Notes: a model not told the origin generated them from the sequence alone. Counted from the stretch's first letter, positions 13,205 to 24,938 are shown. The stretch is DNA of 64,000 bases from Octopus sinensis (GCF_006345805.1 NC_043004.1:9982001-10046000); one strand, 5' to 3'. Made by a program: numbers and translations.

Positions 13205-13587
13205 CTGAGTGAAAAGGTGGATTGGTGGCAGTAAAATAAAGTGTCTAAGCTGTCTTGTTGCAGCAATTTCCAGTTTTTTTTGTTGTTTTTTTTTGTGATG
13301 GGAGGGTGAAATAACAAAGCAATAGATTTCATATTTTGACGTTGCTGCCGAAGAAAGAAAAATAAATGAGGAAAGAACACACGTATACACATGCGCGCAC
13401 ACACGCACACACATATGCACAAAATCAAATCAAAAGACACACAGACACACCCAAACAAAAAAAATAATGAAAATAAATTAGGATGGAGTAAAAAAAATGT
13501 AAAAATGTTATCAACTCTACCCCACCGTACACACAAATATATACATACGCACACATATGTATGTACATACATACATATATAATAGAT

Positions 13588-13651
<64 letters not shown>

Positions 13652-13826
13652 GTGTGGGTGTGTATGGTGTGTGTATATATACATTATATAATACATATAT
13701 ATACATATATGTATATATATATGCATATTTGTATATGTATAAATGCATATGTATGTGTACAAATATATATATTATATTATTATATATATGTATACACACA
13801 CATATATGTATTTGTGTATATATATG

Positions 13827-13871
<45 letters not shown>

Positions 13872-13889
13872 TACATCATACATACATAC

Positions 13890-13926
<37 letters not shown>

Positions 13927-13978
13927 GCACGTAAGAAAACTGATTGAATCTTGAGATTTAGTTCCGTTTGCAAAGTAT

Positions 13979-14040
13979 ACTACTACTACTACTACTACCA
14001 CCACAACACCACCACCACCACCACCACCACCACCACCACC

Positions 14041-14087
<47 letters not shown>
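13979..14087. repeat. Compound (TAC)n(CAC)n(TAC)n microsatellite
   Basis: Read directly from the sequence. Confidence 0.95.
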
Positions 14088-14490
14088 GCTCTCTCTGTTT
14101 ATTACTCATTTTGTCATGCTGTCATTCTGTTGGTCGGTTGTGTCTTTGTTTCTTTTTTTCTTATTTCCTTTCGTTCTTTACATCAAATTCCTTTCAGTCA
14201 ATTTTTTTCCCCCGCTTTCCAACTCCAACCTCTATATATTTAAAAGGCGTGAGAGGTTACAGTGATGGAATTAAAGTAACAGTGCTTCCTGCTTTCCTGT
14301 TTGTTACATAAAAGACAAAAGAACAAAAAAAAAAAACCCAACCCAAAACATAATAGATTTAGAAGAGCGGTAGCTGCATACGCGATGTCATCCCCCGCTA
14401 TAGAATCGACTGTTGACAACTCACAAAATCCAGTGATAGGCACTAGACAGGAAGAATATTAGGTTTTAATAGAAGCTAACACCTATTTCT

Positions 14491-14886
14491 TATTTCTTTA
14501 CTGCCCACAAGAGGCCACACACAGAGGGAACAAATAAGAACAGACAAACGGATTAAGTCGATTATATCGACCCCAGTGCGTAACTGGTACTTATTTAATC
14601 GACCCCGAAAGGATGAAAGGCAAAGTTGACCTCGGCGGAATTTGAAATCAGAACGTAGCGGCAGACGGAAATACCTATTTCTTTACTACCCACAAGGAGC
14701 TAAACACAGAGCGGACAAACAAGGATTAAGTCGATTATATCGACCCCAGTGCGTAACTGGTACTTATTTAATCGACCCCGAAGGGATGAAAGGCAAAGTC
14801 GACCTTGGCGGAATTTGAACTCAGAACGTAACAGTAAACGAAATACCGCTAAGCATTTCGCCCGGCGTGCTAACGTTTCTGCCAGC
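14491..14886 (-). mobile_element. Two head-to-tail SINE B copies (14491-14675 is 5'-truncated, 14676-14886 is near full length)
   Basis: tatttcttta..cccacaag...gtcgattatatcgaccccagtgcgtaactggtac occurs twice. Confidence 0.9.
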
Positions 14887-15247
14887 ACCCATTTCTCTAT
14901 TTTGACAAGCCACTGGGCTTGCAGCTCGGTACAATAAAAAGCAGGTCTTTGCCGGCCAGCGTATATCCCTGGATGGAGAGGTCGTTTCTTTTATCTTATG
15001 TGTTTTTCTTGATTCAGCTATTGGGCTGCAGCCATGCGAGGTCACCTCCATGAAGGGTTTAACCCAGGGGTTCTCAACCATTTTTTACCTATGGACCCCT
15101 TTGATTACTACTTTGTTCTGGTGGACCCACCCCCATAGCCATTCAATGTTTAAAAACTAGTCTTATTGGAACTTCTTTCAAAATGCCTACTTTGTTTTCC
15201 ACGCATTAACTTGTGTAGGTTGACCCATACTCTTTATTACTCTTTAA

Positions 15248-15620
15248 CTCTTTTACTTCTTTCAGTCATTTGGCTGTGGCCATGCTGGAGCACCGCCTTT
15301 AGTCTATCAAATCGACCCCAGGACTTATTCTTTGCAAGCCTAGTACTTATTCTATCGGTCTCTTTTGCCGAACCTCAAGGTTACGGGGACGTAAACACAC
15401 CAGCGATGTTAGGGGGACAAACACACACAGAAACACACACACATATATACACATATACGACGGGCTTCTTTCAGTTTCCGTCTACCAAATCCTCTCACAA
15501 GGCTTTGGTCGGCTCGAGGCTACAGTAGAGGACACTTGCCCAAAGTGCTACGCAGTGGGACTGAACCCGGAATCATGTGGTTGGTAAGCAAGCTACTTAC
15601 CACACAGCCACTCCTACGCC
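15248..15620 (-). mobile_element. SINE family A, full length
   Basis: rc head gtggctgtgtggtaagtagcttgcttaccaaccacatg..ccgggttcagtcccac, central ttgggcaagtgtc motif, tail cagcatggccacagcc..tgactgaa. Confidence 0.9.
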
Positions 15621-16277
15621 TATGTAAAATGTAGGAAAAAGAAGTTTAGCTGTTTCTTGCAATACACACTAATACACGCATCTGAAGCATAATTTTTAGG
15701 GGCTCTTAAAATGCTATTGTAGGTCCCCAATTTACTCTTCTGTTGCATAGACCCCCCACCCACAAATCTTATATGGACTCTCAGGAGCTATATGGGCCCT
15801 GACTGAGAACCACTGGTTTAACCGAACAAATAGGTGCCAGTATTTATTTAAAGAAAAACAAAGCATCTGATACTTACTCTATTGTTGTCTTTTGTTGAAC
15901 CACTAGGGTTATGGGGACGTAAACAAAAGAACAGCAGTTGTGAAGCGCTAGAGGGGGACAAATACAACGCAAATAGAAAGACACACACATAGATACATAA
16001 ATACATGCATCTCTCCCTCTCTCTCTCTCCCTCTCTCTCTCTCCTCTCTCTATATATATATATAATATGTGTGTGTGTGTGTGTGTGGGCGAAACTATGC
16101 AGACGTTCCGGACTCCGACTGAAGAAGCAATATGGCTGCGAATGATCCATGTGTCTTGTTTTGTCCTGTTTGTTGTTGTGCTATCGTCCTTTTTTCCGCA
16201 TGTTGTGTTTTGACGGTTTCCGTCTGTTGCATTTTTTCTGTTCTACCCGTGATTTATATATACACCTATGTATATAC

Positions 16278-16673
16278 TCTTTTACTTGTTTCAGTCATTT
16301 GACTGCGGCCATGCTGGAGCACCGCCTTTAGTCGAGCAAATCGACCCCGAGACTTATTCTTTGTAAGCCCAGTACTTATTCTATCAGTCTCTTTTGCCGA
16401 ACCGCTAAGTGACGGGGACGTAAACACACCAGCATCGGTTGTCAAGCAATGCTAGGGGGACAAACACAGACACACAAACACACACACATACATATACATA
16501 TATACATATATACGACAGGCTTGTTTCAGTTTCCGTCTACCAAATCCACTCACAAGGCATTGGTCGGCTCGGGGCTATAGCAGAAGATACTTGCCCAAGA
16601 TGCCACGCAGTGAGACTGAACCCGGAACCATGTGGTTGTTTAGCAAGCTACTTACCACACAGCTACTCCTGCG
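16278..16673 (-). mobile_element. SINE family A, full length
   Basis: Same head, body and tail as 15248-15620. Confidence 0.9.
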
Positions 16674-16813
16674 TATTATTAAAGTTGCAAAAATATCACA
16701 AAATATCACAAGAAACTGCTACTCAATCAAAACTGTTCGATAAACGGGAACGTGAAACTCTGAGTAGCAGTTTCTTGTGATATTTTTGTGATGTTTTTGC
16801 AGCTTTAGTAGTA
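16674..16813. repeat. Inverted repeat (arms 16674-16725 and 16761-16813) in a Penelope-type remnant
   Basis: tcacaagaaactgctactca ... tgagtagcagtttcttgtga. Confidence 0.85.
16730..16773 (+). ncRNA. Hammerhead-like motif with a decayed core
   Basis: AAACTGT tcgataa A CG ggaa CG T GAAA CTC t GAG TA GCAGTTT. The paralog at 11133 has the core CCGACGA. Confidence 0.4.
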
Positions 16814-16969
16814 AAGCATATTACTCTACGTCTGGTATTCGAGTACTATTTTTTCCCACCTTGTTTCACCTTTATAGTCTTATATATATATATATATAGT
16901 AATAGTATGACAACAAAAGAATGAATGGGACCTCGATATTATGTAAATAGGGGAATTTATCTGTAATGC

Positions 16970-17140
16970 AATATGTGACAATTATATGGTTGTCATAATA
17001 AAACTCCGAGTTTCGTATGTCGGGGTGGAAATCTGCTCCGGCATCTCGTCAGTTATTAAGACGAGATGCCGGAGCAGATTTCCGCCCCGTCATCCGAAAC
17101 TCGGAGTTTTATTATGCCAACCGTATAATTGTCACATATT
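16970..17140. repeat. 81-bp-arm fold-back with a 9-nt loop
   Basis: Arms 16970-17050 and 17060-17140, about 5 mismatches. Confidence 0.9.
16996..17058 (-). ncRNA. Type I hammerhead ribozyme candidate with a canonical core
   Basis: Minus strand: TAATAA CTGACGA G ATG ccgg..14nt..ccga CAT a C GAAA CTC g GAG T T TTATTA. Helix I 6 bp, GUU cleavage triplet. Confidence 0.7.
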
Positions 17141-17191
17141 ATATTACACAAACACACATACACACACACACTCACACACACACACACACAC

Positions 17192-17290
<99 letters not shown>

Positions 17291-17341
17291 TGTATATATA
17301 CATATATATATAAAGAGAGAGAGAGAGAGAGGAGAAAGAAA

Positions 17342-17492
17342 GGGCTTCTGTTAGGTTCCGTCTATCAAATCCAATCACAAAGATTTGGTCGGTCCGGGGC
17401 TATATTAGAAAACACTTGCCCGAGGGCCGCACTACGAGACTGAACCCAAGACCACATGTTTGAGAAGTAAGCTTCTTAACCACACAGCTACA
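17342..17492 (-). mobile_element. SINE family A, head only
   Basis: ttccgtctatcaaatcc..cacttgccc...actgaaccc...ttaaccacacagc. Confidence 0.75.
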
Positions 17493-17803
17493 CGTATATG
17501 ACCCTACGCCTTGAAACATAACGTTTTCTAGCAAGATTTACACATGTTCAATTTCCACAGTTAGGAGTTTAAGATTTATAGTTTAGCTACATTCACCTTG
17601 CGTCTTTTAATGAGTAGAAAATACCTGTTAATTATTTATTTCTACAATCGACGAATGGTATGCAAATTATCTTGTTCATTATAGCTAAGTTATGGCTTGC
17701 AATTGCTCGAGGTTATCTTCGAAGGAAGAATGTTGATGAGTATCGATCCTCTGATATGTAGCCAATTTGCTATGGAACATGTCAAGATAATCTCTTTGAT
17801 TAT

Positions 17804-17959
17804 CCAAAGGTTAAGTGGACGAAAGCAAATGACGCGGCGAGTTATAAAAAATTTGACGACGAGGTAGCAAGAATGACCACCAAATTCAAAGGCGACGACG
17901 AACAAAAGCTCGAAAACCTGGCTAATACAATCTACCAGGAAGGAGAGAAAAGATTTGGA
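17804..17959 (+). mobile_element. HERO/R2-Hero-like non-LTR retrotransposon, N-terminal fragment
   Basis: Translates to PKVKWTKANDAASYKKFDDEVARMTTKFKGDDEQKLENLANTIYQEGEKRFG. This resembles the KWP..W..FD.DV...L....IY..G.ERFG block of HERO ORFs, recognised from memory. Confidence 0.55.
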
Positions 17960-18602
17960 CTGGGTACAAGAGGCGGTCGAAAAAGCCAGCTTCTATATAT
18001 GGCTGAAGCGGGAAGACCGAAAATGGCTTGAAAGTCATAAACACGTCGACTGAATCAGCTTCGCTGACTGACAGGTAACGGTCGTTTAGAAAAAGCGCGG
18101 GCTAAAACTACGCGCCTTCACTAGTCAGTTAAGGTGAGACTTGCTGGGGCTGCCTGCTGGAGTCTATGCGGCAGGTATTTAAAGGGAGAAATTTGACAAG
18201 ACAATCAGTCACTGGCTGACACTCGCTGACGATACATCGAAGAGGCCAGGGAACAGAAGAAAGAAGAAAGAAGACATGCACCCAACACCAGAGCTGAAGA
18301 CACTTCCGAAAGGTGGGGCCCCGCCACGTCAAAACGGTAGAGGAGTAGGGGCCGAAACCAGACGTGGTTCCTCCTGATGATGTCTTGAGCTAACTGGATC
18401 CTATAAAGGAGCTGTTGTGGTAGCAGACCACGAAACACGGTTGTAATTCCTCCTGTGTTAAGAAAATAACAAGATGTATTTCAGTCCCTCTGTGCGGCAC
18501 CTCGAAGGGAAGTGGATAACGAAATTTAGTGGTGTCAGCATACATTCTTTGCCAGTCTTCTCTTCGCACTTACTGTGCTAATTCTGGAGAGAAGGAGCAG
18601 TG

Positions 18603-19030
18603 GGGGTGAATCAACAGAATCGGTAGAGTGCTGGACAAAATACCTAGTGGTATTTCGTCCGTATTTATGTTCGGAGTTCAAATTCTGTTGAGGGCGACTT
18701 TGCCTTTCACTCTTTCAGGGTCGATAAAGTAAGTGCCAGTTGAGTACTGGGATCGATGCAATCGATTTTTCCCCTTTTCCTCAAATTTGTTGGCCTTGCG
18801 CTAAAATTTAAAACCATTACGAAGGCGGCGAATTGGCAGAATCGTTAGCACGCCGGGCAAAATGCTCAGTGGCATTTCGTCCGTCTTTACGTTCTGATTC
18901 CAAATTCCGCCAAGGTACACTTTGTAGTTCAACCTTTTGAGGTCGATAAAATAAGTACCAGTCAAGTATTGGGGTCGATGTGATCGACCATCCCCTCCTC
19001 TCAAATTCCAGACCTTGTGTCTATAGTAGA

Positions 19031-19102
<72 letters not shown>

Positions 19103-19298
19103 GTTGACAGCATCGGTAGAATATTCAGTAAATTGCCCTGCAGTAATTCAGATTTAGATCTAACTCTTATTAAATTTGCCTCTCCTTTTCATCGGGTGGA
19201 AGAAAATAAGTATCGGTTATCAATTATTTGGGGTCGATTTCATCGACTGTGCTCTCCTTCAAATTTCTCTGGTTCGGCGCCAACGTTAGAAATGATTA
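18603..19298 (+). mobile_element. Three head-to-tail SINE B copies of different ages (18603-18818, 18824-19033, 19102-19298) with (ATT)n at 19034-19101
   Basis: cagaatcg.tag, tttcgtccgt and ggggtcgat..atcga motifs repeat three times. Confidence 0.75.
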
Positions 19299-19860
19299 GT
19301 ATTAAAATTTTATTCAATCGAATGACATAACATAATAAACTAATAACTATCATATTACATATTATACATGCAAGAAACAAGCAGATAAAAGTAAAAATCG
19401 AAAAAAAAAATATGCACAAAAATGTATAAGAAAAAACAAATGTAAAACATATATTGATATAATACTTAACAAAGTACGGTTACTGTATAGAGTCCTGTGC
19501 CAGGTTTTCATGTAGATAAATCAATGAGGAAACAAGAGAAGTGACTATTGCTGGCGAAAGACAATCTCTTGTGTTTCGTGCAGCTTGGTGGAAAGGGATA
19601 TTTTCCCACTGTATTGACTGCAAGGCATTCTGTCTAACCCTCTGCCGATTCCCCGCCTTGTGGCTGTGTTAGAAATAAGCACAAACGCAACTGTGCCGGT
19701 TGACGCTGATATTGTTGTGGCTTTTACAAACCTGCAGCCATATTTCTGCTTCAAAGTCTTTGCATAGTTTTATTTGTTAAAAATTTTAGTGAAAATAACT
19801 TCAGTTGTTTTCCTTCACTGGGTTGAAGTTGCTGTTCACAACATCGATATCTATTGAGCA

Positions 19861-20038
19861 TAAAGCCTAAAATTTTGTGGTAGATTATATTAACACACAG
19901 TACTTGACTGATACTTTATTTTATTGGCTCCAGGAGGATGAAAAGCAAAGTTAACCTCGGCAGGATTTGAACTCGGAACGTAAAGAGCGTAAAGTGCTTG
20001 ATAATGTTTGATGCTCTGACGTTTCTGCCAATCCATCA
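19861..20038 (-). mobile_element. SINE family B, diverged
   Basis: ggatgaaaagcaaagttaacctcggcaggatttgaactc...gacgtttctgcca. Confidence 0.7.
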
Positions 20039-20112
20039 CTATCTGCTACGAAACAAATGGAAATAGATAACGATATTTAGTGGTATTGGCAGACATTTTT
20101 TGCCTTTCTTCT

Positions 20113-21078
20113 CTTCACATTTACTGTGCTAATGCTGGAAAGAAGGAGCAGTGTCACAAGGCATGAGAGGCTGCAATACTATCACGCTATATAACAATAA
20201 AGTGTGTTAGATTCCCTTGTTCGAAAATATAAGGACTCATATCGTGTCGTATAGCTAGCTGGAGAAGATATCTCCTGGGGCCAAATTACAGCAACATTAG
20301 TCCTAAACCAGGACTGCCATGTTATATTGGCAAACAATCTTTACTACAACGTACTGTTGCTGAAATTTAAAAATAGTAATTTTCTAACAATAAAGGGGTT
20401 AGAAGCAATTGCAACGGTTGTAGAGGAATCTCTTAACTGAACATAGTCTGGAAAGTCTTCGCTCAGGTGGTCCTAAAAAGACTGCAGAAAAACCACTGAA
20501 AGGATATGCGCCAAGTCTTAGAGCGGTTTTAGGTCAAAACGCTCCGCAATATATATGATCTCCCTTCTATTACAAGAAAATGCAAAGAGCAAAGGCACCC
20601 CTATTACATCACTTTCGTTGACGCCACGAAGGCCTTTGACTTAGCGAGTAGAGACGGTCCGTTCAAACTTGAGAGTTAGTACCTTCGATGTTACTCACGG
20701 TCGTCCAGTCGCTACATACGGACATGAAAGACATCTCAGCTTGATAGCTTTTCCTAGAAATCTTTCAGTATTCGTAGCAGAGTGAAACATGACTCAATTC
20801 TCGCAATCTTCGTGTTCGGAATTTTCGCTGTCATGATGAAGCCCGCCTTTGGAACATCAACCGACTGTGTTTACTTTCGCACAAGATAAAACAGGGAACT
20901 GCTTAGTCTCTCCCGACTGAGAGTGAAAACCAAAGTACGTGAAGTACTCATCATAGACAAGCTGTTTACAGATGACGCAACTCGGAAGAGCAACTGCTTC
21001 ATAGCCCATTTCACTCGGAAGAGCAACTGCTTCATAGCCCATTTCACTCGGAAGAGCAACTGCTTCATAGCCCATTTC
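20113..21078 (+). mobile_element. RTE (BovB-like) LINE reverse-transcriptase fragment, decayed
   Basis: CWKEGAVSQGMRGCNTITLYNNK; CRGISL; KVFAQVVLKRLQK; GFRSKRS; FVDATKAFDLASRDG; RLRVKTKVREVLIIDKLFTDD (for FADD). Contains frameshifts and a ~190-bp interruption. Confidence 0.85.
20980..21078. repeat. Perfect 33-bp tandem repeat, 3 copies
   Basis: actcggaagagcaactgcttcatagcccatttc starts at 20980, 21013 and 21046. Confidence 0.95.
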
Positions 21079-21099
21079 ACAAGAACTAGTGAGATGCCT

Positions 21100-21581
21100 T
21101 TCGTGTCCGTATGTACCTTCGTTAAGAATTTTTCCTTATCCTTGGTTGTCAGGATTTGTCCCTCGCATCTCTACCTTCATTTAAGGCCAGCTTCATGGTG
21201 ACACCTCTAACACTCATCTCTCCCGTCAAAGCCCAGATTCCCTTGATCAGCTCTATTATATTGTCCTGCAGTTACCGGATGAATTTCGGTAAGCTGATTC
21301 AGTCAGAATATCTGCTGAGCGGCGTTTTGCTGACCACGGCTTCGTAGTTTCCGTTGCAGCTCTCCATGTCACGTCATACAGCCTTTACAGTATTCACAGG
21401 TATTGAGCAGCAGTCATGATTTCGGCATTTTGATTTCCGGTGCGAACCATCATGATACAGGTAACTCCATTCCAATGTTCAGATGGCTTCCAGTCCTCCA
21501 TGTCAGCCAACCGTTCACAAATAAACTGTTCCTGAAAAAAAAAATGATTTAAAACTCGTCAAATTTATTCCGAACACCTTG
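21100..21581 (-). mobile_element. Tc1/mariner (maT/DD37D-like) transposon, left end with TIR and N-terminal transposase, decayed
   Basis: TA dinucleotide (21582-83) followed by the TIR-like CAAGGTGTTCGGAATAAATTTGACG. ATG at 21501 gives MEDWKPSEHWNGVTCIMMVRTGNQNAEIMTAAQ...TMKLALNE, with stops. Confidence 0.65.
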
Positions 21582-21985
21582 TAGCTTAAATGGATAGATA
21601 GTATGAAAGCAAAACCATTATATAGGCATAGAATGGTGATATATTTAATCTATTTTTCTGATTAGTTAAAATTATAAGTTTAATAAAAAGATATTGACAA
21701 TTTGCACATTTTCTAATGTCTGTCTTTTTATCTGTTTGACTGTCTGTATGCATGTATGTATATTTCTAAGTATGTAGATGTGTGCATATATCTATATGCG
21801 TGCGCGTGTGCATGTGTGTGTGTCTGTGTGTGTGTGTGTGTGTACGTGCGTGTGTGTGTGCATGCGTGTGTATGTGTACATGCGTGTGTGTATGTGTGTG
21901 TATAATTATATATATATATGCATATGTGTTTATATATATGTATATATATACATACATATACATATATATATGTATGTATTTATAT

Positions 21986-22029
<44 letters not shown>

Positions 22030-22159
22030 GCATATATATGTATGTATATACTTATATGTATGTGTGTATGTGTGTGTATAAGTATATATATATATATGCA
22101 TATGTGTTTATATATATGTATATATATATACATACATATACATATATATATATGTATTT

Positions 22160-22190
<31 letters not shown>

Positions 22191-22879
22191 TATATATATG
22201 CATATATATGTATGTATATACTTATATGTATGTGTGTGTGTATGTGTGTGTGGTGTGTGTGTGTGTAATTAAAAGTAATGCGCATTAGTGGTTAGGAACT
22301 CATATATACACCTCACACACACACAGACACGCAATATACACTTGTTCAATTGTGTTTGCGTGCGTTCTTTTTCAGCATCTATTCAAATAAAATGCTTCTT
22401 TCCGTTCCGTCATTTATTCAGCGTACGGATTACTTGCGAAAAGACATCAGTGAAAAGACAAAAAAGAAAAAAAAAAAAAACACACACACACATGGTTGTA
22501 TGGTTTCCTTATAGATTATCCTCTTAAAACATCTGACTAGACTTCAGAAAATGAGATATTTATCTCTCTTTCATAATTTTATTTAATGAAAACAACAACA
22601 ATATCAATACACACAAAAGTATGTGCATATCAAATTAAAAAGTGATAGGAGGCGAGAACACTAATGATAGTTTGCATCGGGAAATTGTGAGTACAAGAAG
22701 TTTGAGAAGTAGAATATATATTTTATCCCATGATAAAGAAGACAAATGTAACATTGCCGAAAAATACTCGTGTTTATATATGACTGTGAGTATATGTGCC
22801 ATGTGATAAAACGTTTGAGTAATTTAAATTTACATAGATCTTATGTATAATAAACATTTTTCAACAACGTTTTTCGTTT

Positions 22880-23340
22880 ACGATAAGCATAGATATATTT
22901 TTATCGTAATAATAATAATAGAAGAAAATGTCGTTACTACGAGTGACAAGCACCGAGATAGTTCGAAGCTTATTGTTCTTGGACTAAGTATGGCGGCAGT
23001 CGTTATCGTGATGTTGCTTGACGCGAGCTGATTATTGTGTGTAGCTGTCGCCACCGTCCATTGTTTTCGTGCTGTCACAGCGCTCTTGTCTGATGCTGGT
23101 TCTGCAACTGTCTGCTGACTGCCGTTTCCGTGTCCGGTCTGCTGTCCAACAATCTGCCCGCAGTGGCTGAAATGCGCTGAATGGTAGACTTGCTCAGAAA
23201 AAAACAAAAAATAAAAACAAAAAAAAACACGCCAAAGATGAAATTGCTGTTCGATTCGCTTCCGCGCGAGGTATTGAGTGGTCAGATTTATTTTGCTGCC
23301 GTTGGTAATATTTCGGTGAATCGTAGATTTTGTTGTTTGT
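22880..23340 (-). promoter_or_regulatory. Unique CpG/GC-richer segment, candidate promoter or 5' exon
   Basis: Composition differs from the flanks, CpGs are retained, and it matches no repeat family here. Minus strand has a 109-codon open frame and a short AAAACAATGG uORF. Confidence 0.3.
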
Positions 23341-23562
23341 TGCGTTCTCTATAATGATCCGTGTTCAACTTTTAAGTTTTACAATTATTAGATATTACAA
23401 CTACAGAAGAATAACTTCTCTCTTTTATGAGAATACAGTGTCACCAGCGTATTTTGCGTCCGAACCTGCCTAGATATATTAAGGATGAATATGCAAATAT
23501 TTGTTCCCGATATCGCTGTACATGGTAAAAATAACGATTTATATATGTACTTATGTACGCGC

Positions 23563-23603
<41 letters not shown>

Positions 23604-23649
23604 TGTATGTATGTAAATCGTTATTGGAATCGCTCATTGCTTCATTGAA

Positions 23650-23935
23650 TAAGGACCCAACGGAACACATCTTCTGTGCAGTGTTCTTAATTCGATGGTT
23701 TGCTGTGTCGTGTCATGTGGGAACTCAAACCTATCAGGGAATTTCAGGTCCAGTTGCAGCCGTCACAGTATTGGACCCTGTCATTACGGGGTAGGCTCTA
23801 CGCTGGTCTCTTTTTTCTTTCAGAGTGTTGATCCCGGCAGTCTCATAGTCATAGAGGGCTTGGTAGCAAGAGCTTCTCCACTGAGCTTCATATAGTATCT
23901 CTGAATCCCATGTCTTCTAGTTTATTTCGCAAGTT
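23650..23935 (-). mobile_element. RTE LINE 3' end fragment
   Basis: Translates to YETAGINTLKEKRDQRRA ... GCNWT*NSLIGLSSHMTRH, the RTE C-terminal C..C...SRIGL.SH motif. Confidence 0.65.
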
Positions 23936-23970
23936 TTGTTTTAGTTTATTCACACGTATGTATGACATAT

Positions 23971-24145
23971 GTAGGTTGTGTGGTAAGTAGCTTGCTTACG
24001 AACCACATGGTTCCGGGTTCAGTTCCACTGCGTGGTACCTTGGGCAAGTGTCTTCTACTATAGCCTCGGGCCAACCAAAGCCTTGTGAGTGGTTTTGGTA
24101 GACGGAACCTGAAAGAAGTCCGTCGTATATATGTGTGTATATATA

Positions 24146-24200
<55 letters not shown>

Positions 24201-24403
24201 GTGTGTGTATATGTTTGTGTGTCTGTGTTTGTCCGCCAAAATCATTTGACAACAGATGCTGGTGTGTTTACGTCCCCGTAATTTAGCGGTTCGGCAAAAG
24301 AAACCGATAGAGTAAGTACTAGGGTTACAAAGAATAAGTCCTGGGATCGATTTGTTCGACTACAGGCAGCGCTCCAGCATGGCTACAGTCACATGACTGA
24401 AAC
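23971..24403 (+). mobile_element. SINE family A, full length with internal (TA)n
   Basis: gttgtgtggtaagtagcttgc...ccttgggcaagtgtcttctac...cagcatggctacagtcacatgactgaaac. Confidence 0.9.
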
Positions 24404-24565
24404 ATGTGAAGAGAGAGTGTACTATTAATGTTGTTTCTTTTGAAAAACAAAAACAGAAACAATATCAACTGGAATATGGCTGAGAGATAACGGTTACACA
24501 AAATAACTGCACTCAGCTTCCACCACAGCCTTAAGACAGTTTCAGAACCTGGCGCACGTATTACT

Positions 24566-24845
24566 CAATGTGTCTCTGGAAAGATCTTCGAACACGGCCT
24601 TGGTAGAGCGGTTGGTGTCCTTTTCCACCACGCTCCCGTATAGTAATCCGTGGGGTTACAACCAGGGGAATTAAAAAGCCTGATATTGAAGCTGGTGGAG
24701 TACAGAAATTCTCTGGCCATCGCTTCTGACACTTTCCGGAGGTGTGATAACGAGCTGAATCCTGCTGTCACATATATGGCCTTCCATCAGCAACTTTCTC
24801 CAGCTAGGGTTTGACCACAGTCTCCAAAAGCTTCACAGCCGTCTG
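24566..24845 (-). mobile_element. Tc1/mariner (maT-like) transposase catalytic-domain fragment, decayed
   Basis: LLETVVKP*LEKVADGRPYM*QQDSARYHTSGKCQK ... NSPGCNPTDYY, matching the QQD.AP.H and SPD.NP.D motifs. Confidence 0.8.
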
Positions 24846-24938
24846 TACTGTATGTTATGTATGTAATGTAATGTAATGTAACGTAATGTAATGTAATGTA
24901 TGTATGTACGTATGTATGTATGTATGTATGTATGTAGT

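Noticed and set aside
19545-19754. RTE C-terminal fragment on the minus strand
   Set aside because: Only vague similarity, and the diagnostic Cys/His motif is not recoverable.
20980-21078. CRISPR-like array
   Set aside because: The repeats are contiguous with no spacers, derive from RTE sequence, and lie in eukaryotic context.
21100-24845. Single mariner element spanning both transposase fragments
   Set aside because: On the minus strand the C-terminal fragment lies upstream of the N-terminal one, so they are not collinear and are treated as separate relics.
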